Source: a virus (Duplodnaviria; Caudoviricetes). From it: a stretch of DNA of 54,705 nt. The notes under the pieces were generated by a model, which was given only the letters and a program-made list of their open reading frames with translations, was not told the DNA's origin and made no database searches. A program made the translations under genes and the position numbers. Positions 1 through 10,297 of this stretch are shown piece after piece; the stretch's first letter is position 1, and every line of letters begins with the position of its first letter. The stretch covers positions 1 to 54,705 of IMG/VR virus record IMGVR_UViG_3300043444_000172; one strand, given 5' to 3'.

Positions 1-574
1 TTGGAACCTGCTCCACTGTAATCGCTCCAAGAATATCGTAGAAGTACGGAGCTTGAATTGCAAGTTGACCCTGTAGGTAAGGACGGTATACGCCATCCTG
101 ACCCTTACGAGCCATTGCAGTGAGTACCACAGCCTCGAGAGGCTGAGTAGGGTGCATCGTTAGGTCACGTAGGTCGCGCAGAAGAGCACCCATGTGGCGA
201 AGTAACTCGCCCCACTGCTGCATTTTCATTTGCTCTGTACCAGCGATGTTGTCCATGCACTTGACCTGGAGCTCCGAGATGGAGTCAATAATCAAGGACT
301 TGAACTGGTGCTTGCCGCTCTGAAGCCATTGGAATGTCTTCATAACGACGTCATAGTCGCGAACTTGGACCACAACTGTGTCCCAAGTGCCATCTGCCTG
401 AGGTGGCTCTTCACGAATGGGGTCCCAATACTTGACGTTGATTGGGAGGAAGCGGTGTCCACCCTCTACGTCGAGCATTAGGCGTGGGTAAGGTGCTGTA
501 ACGGCAAAGGTTGATTTACCAACCTTAGATTCGCCATAAACCATAATGGTTAAGCTGCGATCGACTCCCGACAT
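1..574 (-). CDS. AAA/P-loop ATPase, Sak4-like phage recombinase (3' truncated by window edge)
   Basis: Not in the ORF track. Translated by hand from ATG at 574: MSGVDRSLTIMVYGESKVGKSTFA (Walker A), then LMLDVEGG and LIIDSISELQ (Walker B-like). Lies next to a PD-(D/E)XK exonuclease gene, as is typical for Sak4. Confidence 0.8.
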   Translation of the reverse strand, partial: MSGVDRSLTIMVYGESKVGKSTFAVTAPYPRLMLDVEGGHRFLPINVKYWDPIREEPPQADGTWDTVVVQVRDYDVVMKTFQWLQSGKHQFKSLIIDSISELQVKCMDNIAGTEQMKMQQWGELLRHMGALLRDLRDLTMHPTQPLEAVVLTAMARKGQDGVYRPYLQGQLAIQAPYFYDILGAITVEQVP

Positions 575-576
575 GC

Positions 577-1509
577 TTACTCACTTCCTTTCTTCTCTTC
601 GATTCCGTAGTAACCGTATGGGTCTGCTGACTCAAACGCATCGCTAATTGCTGCTTCAGCTGCCGAACCATCGTCAACTAGAGGGCAAATAGCGAAGAAT
701 TGGCATTTCCATTTGCAGTCGCGAGACGGCTTTGGATATGCAAGTTTATAGTGGCTTTCTCCAGCATCAAGTCCATCGCGTACTCGAAGCATATCTTCAA
801 GAGTACCCTCTAGACGCTGCCAGAAAGAGCGTAGTGCAAAAGCATTGTGGCGAACTTCAATCTGTCCGTAGAAAGGTGGCTTAGCATAAGCACCACGCTT
901 TACTTTACGAAGCATAGTAAATACGCCACCCTCAGAACGTTCACCATCTTTGTTCTGAGCTTCCTCAAGAACCATGTAGGTAAGAATCTGTTCATTCATG
1001 TGGGCAGTTGCTCCAAAGTCAGTGAACGAACCACCAACAGTCTTGAAGTCGCGGAACATACGAACGCCGTCAATCTTACGACGAACACGCATATCGATCT
1101 TGCCCTGAAGAGTTACACGGCCATCCATCATCGGACGCTCAATAATCTCTTCGGTAGAAATCATCTCAAGCTCTGCGTCAATACCCTCAATCTCCACCCA
1201 CTCTAGGTAGCCCTCAAGCATAACGCGACCAAGCTCTGCTTCAGTCTCAAGCTCAGTGGTGTCTCGGTACTGGTCAGTCAGAGTCTTCATGTCTTTAGCA
1301 ACAAGATTTGCGTGAGCCTCTAGTAGTGGAATTCCGGTTGAGTAGTACTGATCAAGTGCTTCGTGGATACGGGATCCGAGAGCAAGTGCTCCAGTGTAGT
1401 CTTTCATCTTTGGCTGTAGACGACGGTAGTAGGTAAACCACCAGCGACGACGGCAGTCTTTGAATGTTTGAATCTCTGAGTTAGAGATTCTGATTGGTTC
1501 AGTAGTCAT
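577..1509 (-). CDS. PD-(D/E)XK (RecB/Cas4-like) exonuclease
   Basis: ISNSEIQTFKDCRRRW, GSRIHEAL, GKID..., DFKT and Q...Y motifs, C-terminal C-x2-C-x5-C (CKWKCQFFAIC). Confidence 0.85.
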   Translation of the reverse strand: MTTEPIRISNSEIQTFKDCRRRWWFTYYRRLQPKMKDYTGALALGSRIHEALDQYYSTGIPLLEAHANLVAKDMKTLTDQYRDTTELETEAELGRVMLEGYLEWVEIEGIDAELEMISTEEIIERPMMDGRVTLQGKIDMRVRRKIDGVRMFRDFKTVGGSFTDFGATAHMNEQILTYMVLEEAQNKDGERSEGGVFTMLRKVKRGAYAKPPFYGQIEVRHNAFALRSFWQRLEGTLEDMLRVRDGLDAGESHYKLAYPKPSRDCKWKCQFFAICPLVDDGSAAEAAISDAFESADPYGYYGIEEKKGSE

Positions 1510-3305
1510 TATTTAACAACCTTACTTTCTTTTAGCATTTTTAGCAACTGTTCTTTGTCTCGAACAATCTGCTCAAAATTGTCTGCCTTGGTGTCCAAGG
1601 CTTGGATAACTCGCTCTTCAATTGTGTTCTCAGTTACATAGTCAGTGATGATCACGCAGTCGTGGATCTCAGAGCCAATGCGGTGTACTCGGTCAAGTGC
1701 TTGCTTGTAGTCAACAAGAGACCATGGTCGTTGTAGCATAACAAGTCTTCGTGCCGCTGTCAAGGTGACACCAACACCACCGGCTTGTGCAGTGAATAGA
1801 ATCCACTTAGTACGTCCGGACTGGAAGTCGTCAATTGCCTGCTGACGTTCGTCCTGGTCCTGAGCACCAGTAATCAACCCGTGCTCAATACCAGCCTTAG
1901 TTAGAGCAGCACTTAGCAGCTCGATTAGCTGTCGAGATACAGCACACACTGCTACTGAATCATCTCCAAAGTCACCATTCTTAATGTCATCCATCAGAGC
2001 ATCCACTTTACAGGAGGGGTCAGACAAAATAACTGACTCTTGACCGGCCTCATCTACATCGACCTCAGCATACGAGCTAGCAAACTGCAACAAGCGTAGG
2101 CTTTGAGTTAGAGGGTTAGCGGCTACAAGAGAGTCTCCAGTTTCTAAAAGTACAATCATGTGCTCAAGCATTTGCTTATAAGCCTTTGCCTGTTTAGCAC
2201 CCATCTCAACATCACGACGTTCAGTAATTACTTCTGGCAGCCAAGGTAGCACTTTCGACTTGAGCATACGGCGCATACGTGGGTTGATTGCAGCATAAAA
2301 CTCTTGCTCCATGTGAGGTTTTACACCTAGGACCATCATTCCGCCAAAAGCGTTAATCATGGTGTCAATCATGCGGTCAATCCACTTGGTCTTGCTAGGC
2401 CACTCACGAGGCTCCAACCAGTGCAAGATAGGCCACAAGTCAATTACGTTGTTAGCAATTGGGGTACCAGTAAGGGCAAAGCGAATATCTGCATCGCCAG
2501 TAGCGGCCCATAGAGCACGAGTCTGCTTAGACTTCGGATCCTTAGAACGGTGGATTTCGTCAGCAATCACAGCCTTGAAGTCAATCTCGTTTAGTTCACG
2601 CTGGTGGACCTCGCAACGAGCAGGGGTAATTCTTGAATCGTGACCTTTACAATCTACGCATCGAGCAAGAGCAATAGCTCCGTAGGAAGATAGTCTTGAA
2701 TGGGTGCGAAGTGATTCCCAGTTGATGACAATTACATCTGACTGCTGATCAAACTGAGCACGACGCTGAACTGCCGAGCCGTTGATAACTGTAACGTTTA
2801 CTCCTGGCCACCACTTGTCGAACTCACGTTCCCAGTTCTTTTTGAGGGTGTTAGGGCAAATAATTAGTGCAGGGAACACATCTTCACCGTTGTCGTGGAG
2901 ACGCTTGAGCGAACGAATGGCCTGAGCAGTCTTACCGAGGCCAGGTTCATCGGCAAGTAATGCACGGCGTGCTGTGGCTAGAAACTCAACACCAGCACGC
3001 TGGTGAGGAAATAGGTCCTGATCTCCAGATTCTTGAACATCGATGTCTCGAAGTTGGTTGGCTGGGTCAATTCTTGTAGCTTTTTCATTAGCTGCCCACG
3101 CTGCCAGTCCAGGACCGATTTCTAGGTCAGACTTAAAGGTTGAGCGTAGAGCTAGACAACCAGCCCAAGAAAGTGGGATACGCCAAACAGATGTCTTGGT
3201 GTCCCAGGAAGCTCCGGGAAGGCTTTTGCAGAGTTCTTTTAGACGCCACTCTGCGTTAATAACAATGCTGGTACCATCTGCATCGAGGTCCACAAATACT
3301 GTCAT
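1509..3305 (-). CDS. SNF2-family SF2 helicase
   Basis: ADEPGLGKT (motif I), IADEIH (DExH), LTGTP (III), GVGVTL (V), QALDRVHRIG (VI). Confidence 0.93.
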   Translation of the reverse strand: MTVFVDLDADGTSIVINAEWRLKELCKSLPGASWDTKTSVWRIPLSWAGCLALRSTFKSDLEIGPGLAAWAANEKATRIDPANQLRDIDVQESGDQDLFPHQRAGVEFLATARRALLADEPGLGKTAQAIRSLKRLHDNGEDVFPALIICPNTLKKNWEREFDKWWPGVNVTVINGSAVQRRAQFDQQSDVIVINWESLRTHSRLSSYGAIALARCVDCKGHDSRITPARCEVHQRELNEIDFKAVIADEIHRSKDPKSKQTRALWAATGDADIRFALTGTPIANNVIDLWPILHWLEPREWPSKTKWIDRMIDTMINAFGGMMVLGVKPHMEQEFYAAINPRMRRMLKSKVLPWLPEVITERRDVEMGAKQAKAYKQMLEHMIVLLETGDSLVAANPLTQSLRLLQFASSYAEVDVDEAGQESVILSDPSCKVDALMDDIKNGDFGDDSVAVCAVSRQLIELLSAALTKAGIEHGLITGAQDQDERQQAIDDFQSGRTKWILFTAQAGGVGVTLTAARRLVMLQRPWSLVDYKQALDRVHRIGSEIHDCVIITDYVTENTIEERVIQALDTKADNFEQIVRDKEQLLKMLKESKVVK

Positions 3306-3332
3306 TTGATTCCTTTGTCGTTGTGTATATCC

Positions 3333-3377
3333 ATATTAGCAGAAAAAAAGTCTGCTGTGTTTATTTTTTGCTAATAT
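3333..3377. promoter_or_regulatory. AT-rich inverted repeat overlapping a possible extended -10 promoter of the helicase gene
   Basis: atattagcagaaaa ... ttttttgctaatat arms. The minus strand reads TGCTAATAT about 30 nt upstream of the helicase ATG. Confidence 0.4.
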
Positions 3378-3379
3378 TT

Positions 3380-3850
3380 TTATTCTTTTAGTAAGTTCAC
3401 AGGTTTCCACCCTGTTTTAACAAATCTTAGCAGACCATGTCGAATTGCGTCAAGTGCATGTCCTTCGCCACCCTTGTGCCAATATCCAAGAGATTTTAGA
3501 GCTGGGTTTGGGAACAATGCTTTGGCATCGGCTGGAGCTTGAAGATATAGATCATCGGCTTTCATACCTAGATCCATCATGCATTGCTTTAGAATCCCAA
3601 TCTGCTCCAGAGAATAAGGCGACTGAGCATTCTTTACAGTCTGAGCATTGATTGTAAATCGCTCACAGGCAATCTCGATGGGAAGATTGTGCATCATTGC
3701 TTCACCAAGTGCTTTTCTGATAGGAGTTGCATATTCATCTTGTTGATACTCACCAGACCAAAGCAACTCCGGGTCCTTACCATCTTCTTTTAGAAAGAAA
3801 GCAATCCCGCTGGCTTTACCAGGGTCAACAGAAAGAACAAATTTAGACAT
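3380..3850 (-). CDS. ruvC: RuvC-like Holliday junction resolvase
   Basis: VLSVDPGKASG N-terminus, IACERF, C-terminal HALDAIRH. ATG at 3850 overlaps the polA stop, so it is preferred over the ORF-track start at 3859. Confidence 0.75.
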   Translation of the reverse strand: MSKFVLSVDPGKASGIAFFLKEDGKDPELLWSGEYQQDEYATPIRKALGEAMMHNLPIEIACERFTINAQTVKNAQSPYSLEQIGILKQCMMDLGMKADDLYLQAPADAKALFPNPALKSLGYWHKGGEGHALDAIRHGLLRFVKTGWKPVNLLKE

Positions 3851-5660
3851 ACTTAGCACCCCAGTTTTCTAGTGGACCATCGACATCGGCAGTGAGAGGC
3901 ACTGCCCAACCTTCGCGTGTAGTCATGCACTCACGAACAATCTGCTGAATTTCGGCAGCATCTTCACGAGGGGCGTTCAACACAATTTCATCGTGTACAG
4001 GGACAATTAGAAGTTCGGTGAGGTCGGCCTGGTCAAGCTTAATCAAGTTTGATTTGAAGATCTCAGCTGCACCGCCTTGGATTAGGTAGTTGACCAAGGT
4101 GTAGACGCGGTCTTCGTCGCACGGTAGGCGACGTCCAGTCCATGTGTTCACATAGCCCTGACCCTCTGAGCGGAGACGACGCATACCTACATCTTCTACA
4201 CGCTTCTGGAACATCTGCATTCCAGGGAATCGCTTATCAAACTCATTTGATACGGCACGCATCTGTTCTTCTGGTACGCCAGCGGTAAGGGCCTGCTTAG
4301 CGACACCTGCACCATAGAGGCGTCCATAAACTACACCTTTGATTAGACCACGACGCTTATCAGACTTTTGCATTGTTGGGTCCTGGTAAATCTCGCGACC
4401 AATCTCTGTGAACGGGTCAGACCCAGTAGCGTCTGCCAGGTTAAATAGGGAGATTAGGTTCGGGTCCTGAGACAAGCTCGAGAACATACGGAACTCAACC
4501 TGATCAAGGTCGGATGTGACAATGACGTGGTCATCATCTTTAGGTAGGAACGCACGACGAACGGTGTCATCTCCCTTAGGGAGAGTCTGCAGTGCAGGGT
4601 TCTGAATCGACATACGACCAGTGCGAGCACCAAGAGTCTTTACCGATGGGTGAACAAAGCCATTGACGTTGTCGTTAATGAAGTTAGAGAAGTAGGTGGA
4701 CGCAAGTTTGTCTGCCTTACGCTGCTTTAGAGCAACGTCAGCAAGTTGCTGGACTTCAGGGGTTCCATCACGAAGCAGGAGCTTCAGCTGGTCTGCAGAA
4801 GCAGACTTAGCACCGGATGGAGTGGTCTCGGTAATCATTGCACCAAGAGCCTCGAACTGACGAACCAGCTGAGCATTACTTGTGATGGCAATTCCATAGG
4901 TTGACTTAGCCCAGTCTTTGACTTGCTCTGTATAGTCGACAAGTTCCTGGTATTTACGCTTTGAGTAATCAAGGTCAAGACGAGCACCGTTGAGCTCCAT
5001 GCGGGTAACAATGCGGCGAGTGTTCATCTCGAGCTCATAGGCTTGGCTATATGGCTGCCCTGGGCCACACTTCTCCCAGAACATTTCCCAGAGACGCATT
5101 GTAAGAACCGGGTCAAGAGCACCATATGCCCAGTAAGGCTGAAAAGTAATTGGCACGGTTCCCCAGGTCCAACCGTTTTTTGCCATACCAGTATCTAGAC
5201 CATCCTGCAGTCGAGCAGCATTGGCATCAACATATTGAGAGGTCAACTTCTTTAGAGCACCAGAACCAAGCGGGTCAATGAGGTGAGCCATAATCATGGT
5301 GTCGTGAACTCGATGCCAGGGCATGCTCCAGCGCGACTGAATCTCAAACCAGCGAGCTTCGAATGCAACATTGTGACACACAATTGGACCATCAAATTTG
5401 TCCATTGCTTCATAGAAAACGCCAGACCATTCATCCCACGGAATGGCCCAGCCAGTCATAGCATCGCCAACCTGAACTAGTCGCAATTTACCGTGCCATG
5501 GCGATAGAGCATCATCTCGCTTGCCGCCTGGTAGTTCCCCTGTTTCAGTATCAATCGCGATTGCGTTATGTGGGCGACGCTCTCCTAGCCAAGTAATAAA
5601 TTCTCGTGCTTTATCGACACTATCGATTAGCTCTAGTTTCACACCTTGTAAATCTGTCAT
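3843..5660 (-). CDS. polA: Family A DNA polymerase with 3'-5' exonuclease domain
   Basis: IDTETG, HNVAFE and YGALD exonuclease motifs; TGRMS, DLDQVEFR (motif A), KGVVYGRLYG (motif B), VHDEI (motif C). Confidence 0.95.
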   Translation of the reverse strand: MTDLQGVKLELIDSVDKAREFITWLGERRPHNAIAIDTETGELPGGKRDDALSPWHGKLRLVQVGDAMTGWAIPWDEWSGVFYEAMDKFDGPIVCHNVAFEARWFEIQSRWSMPWHRVHDTMIMAHLIDPLGSGALKKLTSQYVDANAARLQDGLDTGMAKNGWTWGTVPITFQPYWAYGALDPVLTMRLWEMFWEKCGPGQPYSQAYELEMNTRRIVTRMELNGARLDLDYSKRKYQELVDYTEQVKDWAKSTYGIAITSNAQLVRQFEALGAMITETTPSGAKSASADQLKLLLRDGTPEVQQLADVALKQRKADKLASTYFSNFINDNVNGFVHPSVKTLGARTGRMSIQNPALQTLPKGDDTVRRAFLPKDDDHVIVTSDLDQVEFRMFSSLSQDPNLISLFNLADATGSDPFTEIGREIYQDPTMQKSDKRRGLIKGVVYGRLYGAGVAKQALTAGVPEEQMRAVSNEFDKRFPGMQMFQKRVEDVGMRRLRSEGQGYVNTWTGRRLPCDEDRVYTLVNYLIQGGAAEIFKSNLIKLDQADLTELLIVPVHDEIVLNAPREDAAEIQQIVRECMTTREGWAVPLTADVDGPLENWGAKYV

Positions 5661-5697
5661 TTGCGTCTTTCGTATTGGTTGTTACATAGTACTACTA

Positions 5698-6168
5698 TTA
5701 TTCGATTATTTCAAATCTATACACTTCTGCAACATCTTTATCTTTTTTGGCTGCCTCTTCCAGCAGTCTCTGAGCGACGTTAGTTAAATATCTAGCACCA
5801 TTGTCGTCGTACTTATATAGGGCATCTAAAACAGCCGAAGCTTGATCGCTAACCTGTGCCCAATATCTATCTTTTTCAGGGAAGACTAAATCAATTGTAG
5901 CATCTGGATAGCATCTTTCGCAAGTAATACTATTTTTTCTTAGCTCACTTCTGTGTACTTCTTGAAGATTGTAGTTATACACCAGCTCGCAAGCAGCTCC
6001 GTGAAAAACAATCGAGACTCCGACTCTAGATAAAACATATTGGCCGCTAGTTGTTTTATAGAGTTTAAACTCAATCCACCTAGTGGAACCATGCCTATAT
6101 GATGTTGAGCTTGCCAGCAACTCGCCATCAACATATAAAGTGCGGTTGCCGTCTTTTACGGCTATCAT
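5698..6168 (-). CDS. Hypothetical protein with possible metal-binding residues (H..C...CxxC)
   Basis: 156 aa ORF abutting its neighbours, with FHGAAC and CERC. Confidence 0.7.
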   Translation of the reverse strand: MIAVKDGNRTLYVDGELLASSTSYRHGSTRWIEFKLYKTTSGQYVLSRVGVSIVFHGAACELVYNYNLQEVHRSELRKNSITCERCYPDATIDLVFPEKDRYWAQVSDQASAVLDALYKYDDNGARYLTNVAQRLLEEAAKKDKDVAEVYRFEIIE

Positions 6169-6339
6169 TTAGTTCTTCTTTTCCTCTAGCTCAGCAATTT
6201 TTGCTTCTAGTTCAGCAGTTTTTTTGCGTTCAATAACAAGAAGAGCTTCAAGCTCGGTGGCTAAGCTCATTGATTTTGAAAGTTGATCTCTAGTAATTGC
6301 TAAAACGTTATTAAAAACTTCTTGATTGTTGTCAGACAT
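6169..6339 (-). CDS. Small coiled-coil hypothetical protein (56 aa)
   Basis: Hand-translated MSDNNQEVFNNVLAITRDQL...AELEAKIAELEEKKN. AAGGAG RBS upstream; the stop abuts the next ATG. Confidence 0.7.
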   Translation of the reverse strand: MSDNNQEVFNNVLAITRDQLSKSMSLATELEALLVIERKKTAELEAKIAELEEKKN

Positions 6340-6380
6340 TTGTATCTCCTTATATTTGTCTTTCGTATGTTTCTATTCTA

Positions 6381-6512
6381 CTACTGACGACCAAGTACGT
6401 ACTGAAAGGCTGCTTCATAGTTGTCAAACCTGGCTACTTCTTTTTTAGAGATGTTATTGAATACTACGAATACAGTAGATTCGCCATCTACAATGTTAAT
6501 TATTTTGTACAT
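6381..6512 (-). CDS. Small hypothetical protein (43 aa)
   Basis: Hand-translated MYKIINIVDGESTVFVVF...QYVLGRQ. ATG overlaps the tail fibre stop (TAATG coupling). Confidence 0.5.
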   Translation of the reverse strand: MYKIINIVDGESTVFVVFNNISKKEVARFDNYEAAFQYVLGRQ

Positions 6513-9500
6513 TAATTACCCTCTAACGCAGAAATTCTAGACTCTAGATTAGTAATTCTAGATGCCTGGTCACGAACGATTGCCTGAAGCACTACGACGT
6601 AGTGAGAGTAGCTAATACCTTCTAACTGACCGGTCTCTCCATTTTTATAGACTATTTTTTCCAAACCAGAGTCAACTAAATCTTCGGCTATAAAACCAAG
6701 AACAGTTGGAGCAGAGTTTCCTAGTTTTTCAACATCAGCTTTATATTTAAAGAATTTAGGTTCAATGTCTAAAATTAGATCTACATCTAGATCAGCAAGA
6801 ACAATATCCTGCTTCGAATCTCTATTTGATGTTAGATACCCTAAGACATATCCACCAGCAGAATCAGTTATATAGACATCTCTAGTAGTGCCGCTAATGC
6901 CAGAGTTGTAGATGGCAGAGCTAACTACGCTTCCAGCGGCGTTGCTTAATGCAACGTTTCCACCGTTAGGATTTAGGTTTAGTGTAGATGCAGCTCCATT
7001 ATTTGCTGTTTGAATTTCGTTAGCATCAATACGAATATTAGTGACAGAATCGTCACCAATTTGGAAGGCATGCGCAGTCGATGTAAGCGTTACGTCAGTA
7101 GTAGAGGTTAGTCGTACTCTAGGTGCAATAACATTTGCCCCCGTAGAGTTTAGATATAGGTCAGCAGCTGATCCGGTATCTAAGGCTTGAACTTCATTGG
7201 TGCTAATTTTTAAATTCGCACCGGCATCTGAACCAACAATAACATCCCCGCCCTGAGAGTTTAAATATAGGTCAGCAGCTGATCCGGTATCTAAGGCTTG
7301 AACGGTATTTATATCTATTCTTAAATTGGTTTCAGCATCTCCACCAATTTGAAACGCCTGACTACCATCATCAAGTAGATCTAAAGCATCTGTATTACTA
7401 AGCCTTATGTATGGAGTAGATACAGATGAAGCATAAAAATCAGCACTAACATTTACGTTAGTAGTGTTGGCTTTTATTGTGTAAACAAGCGGAAAGTCTT
7501 CTTCAACAAAACCCGAGCCTATGTATCTAAACTCATCCGCCGCGACAACTACTTTTGATTGCAATGTTGTCGCGTCATAGTAGCCGCCAACTAATGCATA
7601 GTTTGCAACAGAGGAAGTCCCATTCGAAATAATAATATCGTTTGCAATTGCAACTGATTCAAAACTAGTTTTCTTATCCGAGACCTGTAATTGAGAATAC
7701 GACTGCAATTTACTATATGAAGTTGTATTTTGTAAGTATTGATACTCACCGGAACTTGTAGTTAATGACTCAGATTCTGAGTAGTTAAGCAACCAACTAG
7801 TCTCTTGAGTAATTGCAGAGATACTAGGATTTGAGTACAGCAACTTACTAAAGTTAGTTCCCCTAAAACCGACTCGGCTTAGGTAGTTAAGCTGAGCGTC
7901 CTGGGTAGCTAGATTTATGTCAATCCAAGTCTTTGTACCCTCAACAGACGCCTGGGCCGTATTATTTACCGTGTTGTCGTACCAGTGATTGGTATCTAGA
8001 TTGTTGCCATAATATGCCTTGTTGTTTGTGGCCAGGTATAGGTTGTCTAAAACGTAACCAATTGCAGTAGACGCAGTTATCTTGGTAGAAGTTACGTTTC
8101 CTAGACCGTCGTGCTTATACAGCCAACCAGGAATTTGGAATGTGATGTCCGACTGAGCCGCGTATCCAGTCGGGTCCTGAATCTTGTAATCTGCGTCAAG
8201 TAAGTCAGCATCAATAATAATTAGATCTGACTTAGTCATTGCAGGAATTCCTACATCGGGATCTAGATACCCCTCCATAAACGCATCAGATGTAGTCAAG
8301 TAGTACTTGTTTGTGCCAGCATCCCACTGAGATTTTGTTGCAACTGAAACAACGTTTGTTAGTGGGGTCGTATTTGAGTTTGAGTACTTAAGTCGAATCT
8401 GAGAAATATCCAGTGCTGGCTGGTATGAACGATAAAAAGCTTGACTGCGACTAGAAGCGTCAAGATTTACTTTTGCTTCATAGAGATATGTTCCAGCTAA
8501 GTTGGCATATATGTCATCAGCAGAGACATAGAAAAGAGTAGAAGTTGGTGCAGGATACGAAAGAACTTTAAAGCTATGACTTGTTGTAAAACCAGTTGCT
8601 AGACTTCTTGGTGCGTAATACGGGTCAATTTCACCAAAACCATTATCTTTACCGAACTTAAAGTCAAAAAATATAGTGTCATCTGCAACAAAAGAGTGTG
8701 TAGTTGAAGTTGTTGCTTGGAATAGACCGACACTTGCAGATCCAGTTCCAGCTGAAGTTTTTGCAGTTCCAGTAGCTAATACAACAACAGTGGTCGAGTT
8801 AGCACTATAAATTTGACCTTTTGCAATATTGAAAGTAGCTGCGTTTGCTCCGGTAAAGCCTGTAACAGTAAGCCACTGACCAGCAGCAAAGTTTAGCCCA
8901 GTTCCTGTGTAGGTTATGGCAGTTGTGTTTGAAGAAGCAGAAGTAAATGTTCCAGTTAAGTTATATCTAGCAACCGAAGATTTGGCAAAGTAGGCTGGAA
9001 CATAGTAAGTGTGAATAGTTCCACCGAAATACAAAACTCTGCCACTAGCAAATATGGTGTAGTCGCTGCCAGCAGCGTAATCTAGTTTTCCTTCAAAGTA
9101 GGTGCTTAGACCGCTAGATGTCCAAGTTACACGAGCACCGTACTTACTCTCATAATCATAAGTTCGTGTACCGTACACGGAGCCACTAGTAGTGATTGCA
9201 CCTGGGTTAGAGCCAACATTTATGACAAGAGTACTTCCGGTAGTGCCAGCTAGCGCCCTCCATGTGCCATTGTATGCGGTTGGCTCTACACCAGAAATAG
9301 TTAAATACTCGTCTGGTTGAATGTTGTGTGAAGTAACTGTAGTTATAGTGATGTTTGGAGCCGAGTAGCTAGGAGTCTGAGTAAGAATTCCAGAACCATT
9401 AAGAAGAGTAAAGTTATCTAAAGTTAGAGTAAGTCCAGTCCCGGCAGTCCAGGATGTGCTGCTGCTAGTTATAACATTGGATGAACTTATGTACTCAAAG

Positions 9501-10297
9501 CTAGGGTTTTCAATGATGTTCATGTCCTCAGCTGAGACATACGCAACACCAGCACTAGAGAAGTAGCCATAGTCAAATTCACGCTTGCCATAGTCTCTTA
9601 GGTAGAGACCGGCAACATCCGGGTTATATAGCTGAGCTGTACCAGTAGCAGCTGACTCAGAAACATCAGTGCCAACATTGTCATAGCTAAAAGTATCGTT
9701 AGTTACAGCAGTTAGTAAGACTGGAACCGATCCATTGTTAAAAGTAGTGTCATCTTCCAACTCAACAGTTACATAGTCTCCGACTATATATTCGTGATTT
9801 TCTGCTGTTAAAGTAGCAACATTAGACGCTCTGTTTTTAGAAGTAACTACCAGCTCTTCTGGAGAGTATGACTTATATAGACCAACATAGGTTCCACTAG
9901 TGGTACCCTCATCTGTACTTCCAGTAGCACTGCTTTCAATAAAAGTACCGAGCAACGTGTGTGGGCCAATAACACGAGATACTGCCGGGGTGGAGATGTT
10001 CCAGTAACCAATGGTTCCAGAATAGGCATTGATATCGCCACGAACAACTACGCTTCCAAATTCAGCGTTTCCATTTCCAGAAATTCTCCAACCAGAATAA
10101 CCTTCTACATAGTTTTCCGTTTGAATAGATCTGTTAAAAATAGTCAGCTCTTCAGCAAGAGACGACTCAGTCACACTCTGGGAAGCAAGCCCCGTTGTGA
10201 GATAGTTTTGTCTAGTATTTAAGTTTGTTGCTGTTTGCTCAAGTGAGGTGAGATACGCACCAATGCTCTTATTACGTCTAAGTCTTCCACTAGCCAC
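6512..10297 (-). CDS. Tail fibre/receptor-binding protein with C-terminal intramolecular chaperone (peptidase S74-like)
   Basis: S/T/G-rich beta repeats and N-terminal GWRISGNGNAEF. C-terminus SNRDSKQDI...PKFFKYK...GFIAEDL...ISY followed by a coiled coil. Last large gene of the tail module. Confidence 0.85.
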   Translation of the reverse strand: MASGRLRRNKSIGAYLTSLEQTATNLNTRQNYLTTGLASQSVTESSLAEELTIFNRSIQTENYVEGYSGWRISGNGNAEFGSVVVRGDINAYSGTIGYWNISTPAVSRVIGPHTLLGTFIESSATGSTDEGTTSGTYVGLYKSYSPEELVVTSKNRASNVATLTAENHEYIVGDYVTVELEDDTTFNNGSVPVLLTAVTNDTFSYDNVGTDVSESAATGTAQLYNPDVAGLYLRDYGKREFDYGYFSSAGVAYVSAEDMNIIENPSFEYISSSNVITSSSTSWTAGTGLTLTLDNFTLLNGSGILTQTPSYSAPNITITTVTSHNIQPDEYLTISGVEPTAYNGTWRALAGTTGSTLVINVGSNPGAITTSGSVYGTRTYDYESKYGARVTWTSSGLSTYFEGKLDYAAGSDYTIFASGRVLYFGGTIHTYYVPAYFAKSSVARYNLTGTFTSASSNTTAITYTGTGLNFAAGQWLTVTGFTGANAATFNIAKGQIYSANSTTVVVLATGTAKTSAGTGSASVGLFQATTSTTHSFVADDTIFFDFKFGKDNGFGEIDPYYAPRSLATGFTTSHSFKVLSYPAPTSTLFYVSADDIYANLAGTYLYEAKVNLDASSRSQAFYRSYQPALDISQIRLKYSNSNTTPLTNVVSVATKSQWDAGTNKYYLTTSDAFMEGYLDPDVGIPAMTKSDLIIIDADLLDADYKIQDPTGYAAQSDITFQIPGWLYKHDGLGNVTSTKITASTAIGYVLDNLYLATNNKAYYGNNLDTNHWYDNTVNNTAQASVEGTKTWIDINLATQDAQLNYLSRVGFRGTNFSKLLYSNPSISAITQETSWLLNYSESESLTTSSGEYQYLQNTTSYSKLQSYSQLQVSDKKTSFESVAIANDIIISNGTSSVANYALVGGYYDATTLQSKVVVAADEFRYIGSGFVEEDFPLVYTIKANTTNVNVSADFYASSVSTPYIRLSNTDALDLLDDGSQAFQIGGDAETNLRIDINTVQALDTGSAADLYLNSQGGDVIVGSDAGANLKISTNEVQALDTGSAADLYLNSTGANVIAPRVRLTSTTDVTLTSTAHAFQIGDDSVTNIRIDANEIQTANNGAASTLNLNPNGGNVALSNAAGSVVSSAIYNSGISGTTRDVYITDSAGGYVLGYLTSNRDSKQDIVLADLDVDLILDIEPKFFKYKADVEKLGNSAPTVLGFIAEDLVDSGLEKIVYKNGETGQLEGISYSHYVVVLQAIVRDQASRITNLESRISALEGN
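7154..7303. repeat. Perfect 39 bp direct repeat (7154-7192 and 7265-7303) in the tail fibre gene
   Basis: atataggtcagcagctgatccggtatctaaggcttgaac occurs twice, 111 bp apart, each copy encoding VQALDTGSAADLY. Confidence 0.95.

Noticed and set aside
577-1509. Cas4-like nuclease as evidence of a CRISPR system
   Set aside because: No repeat-spacer array or other cas genes seen; its context is the phage recombination module
7146-7303. Tail fibre repeat as a diversity-generating retroelement TR/VR pair
   Set aside because: No reverse transcriptase in the window; the copies are short, in frame in the same gene and show no adenine-specific mismatch pattern
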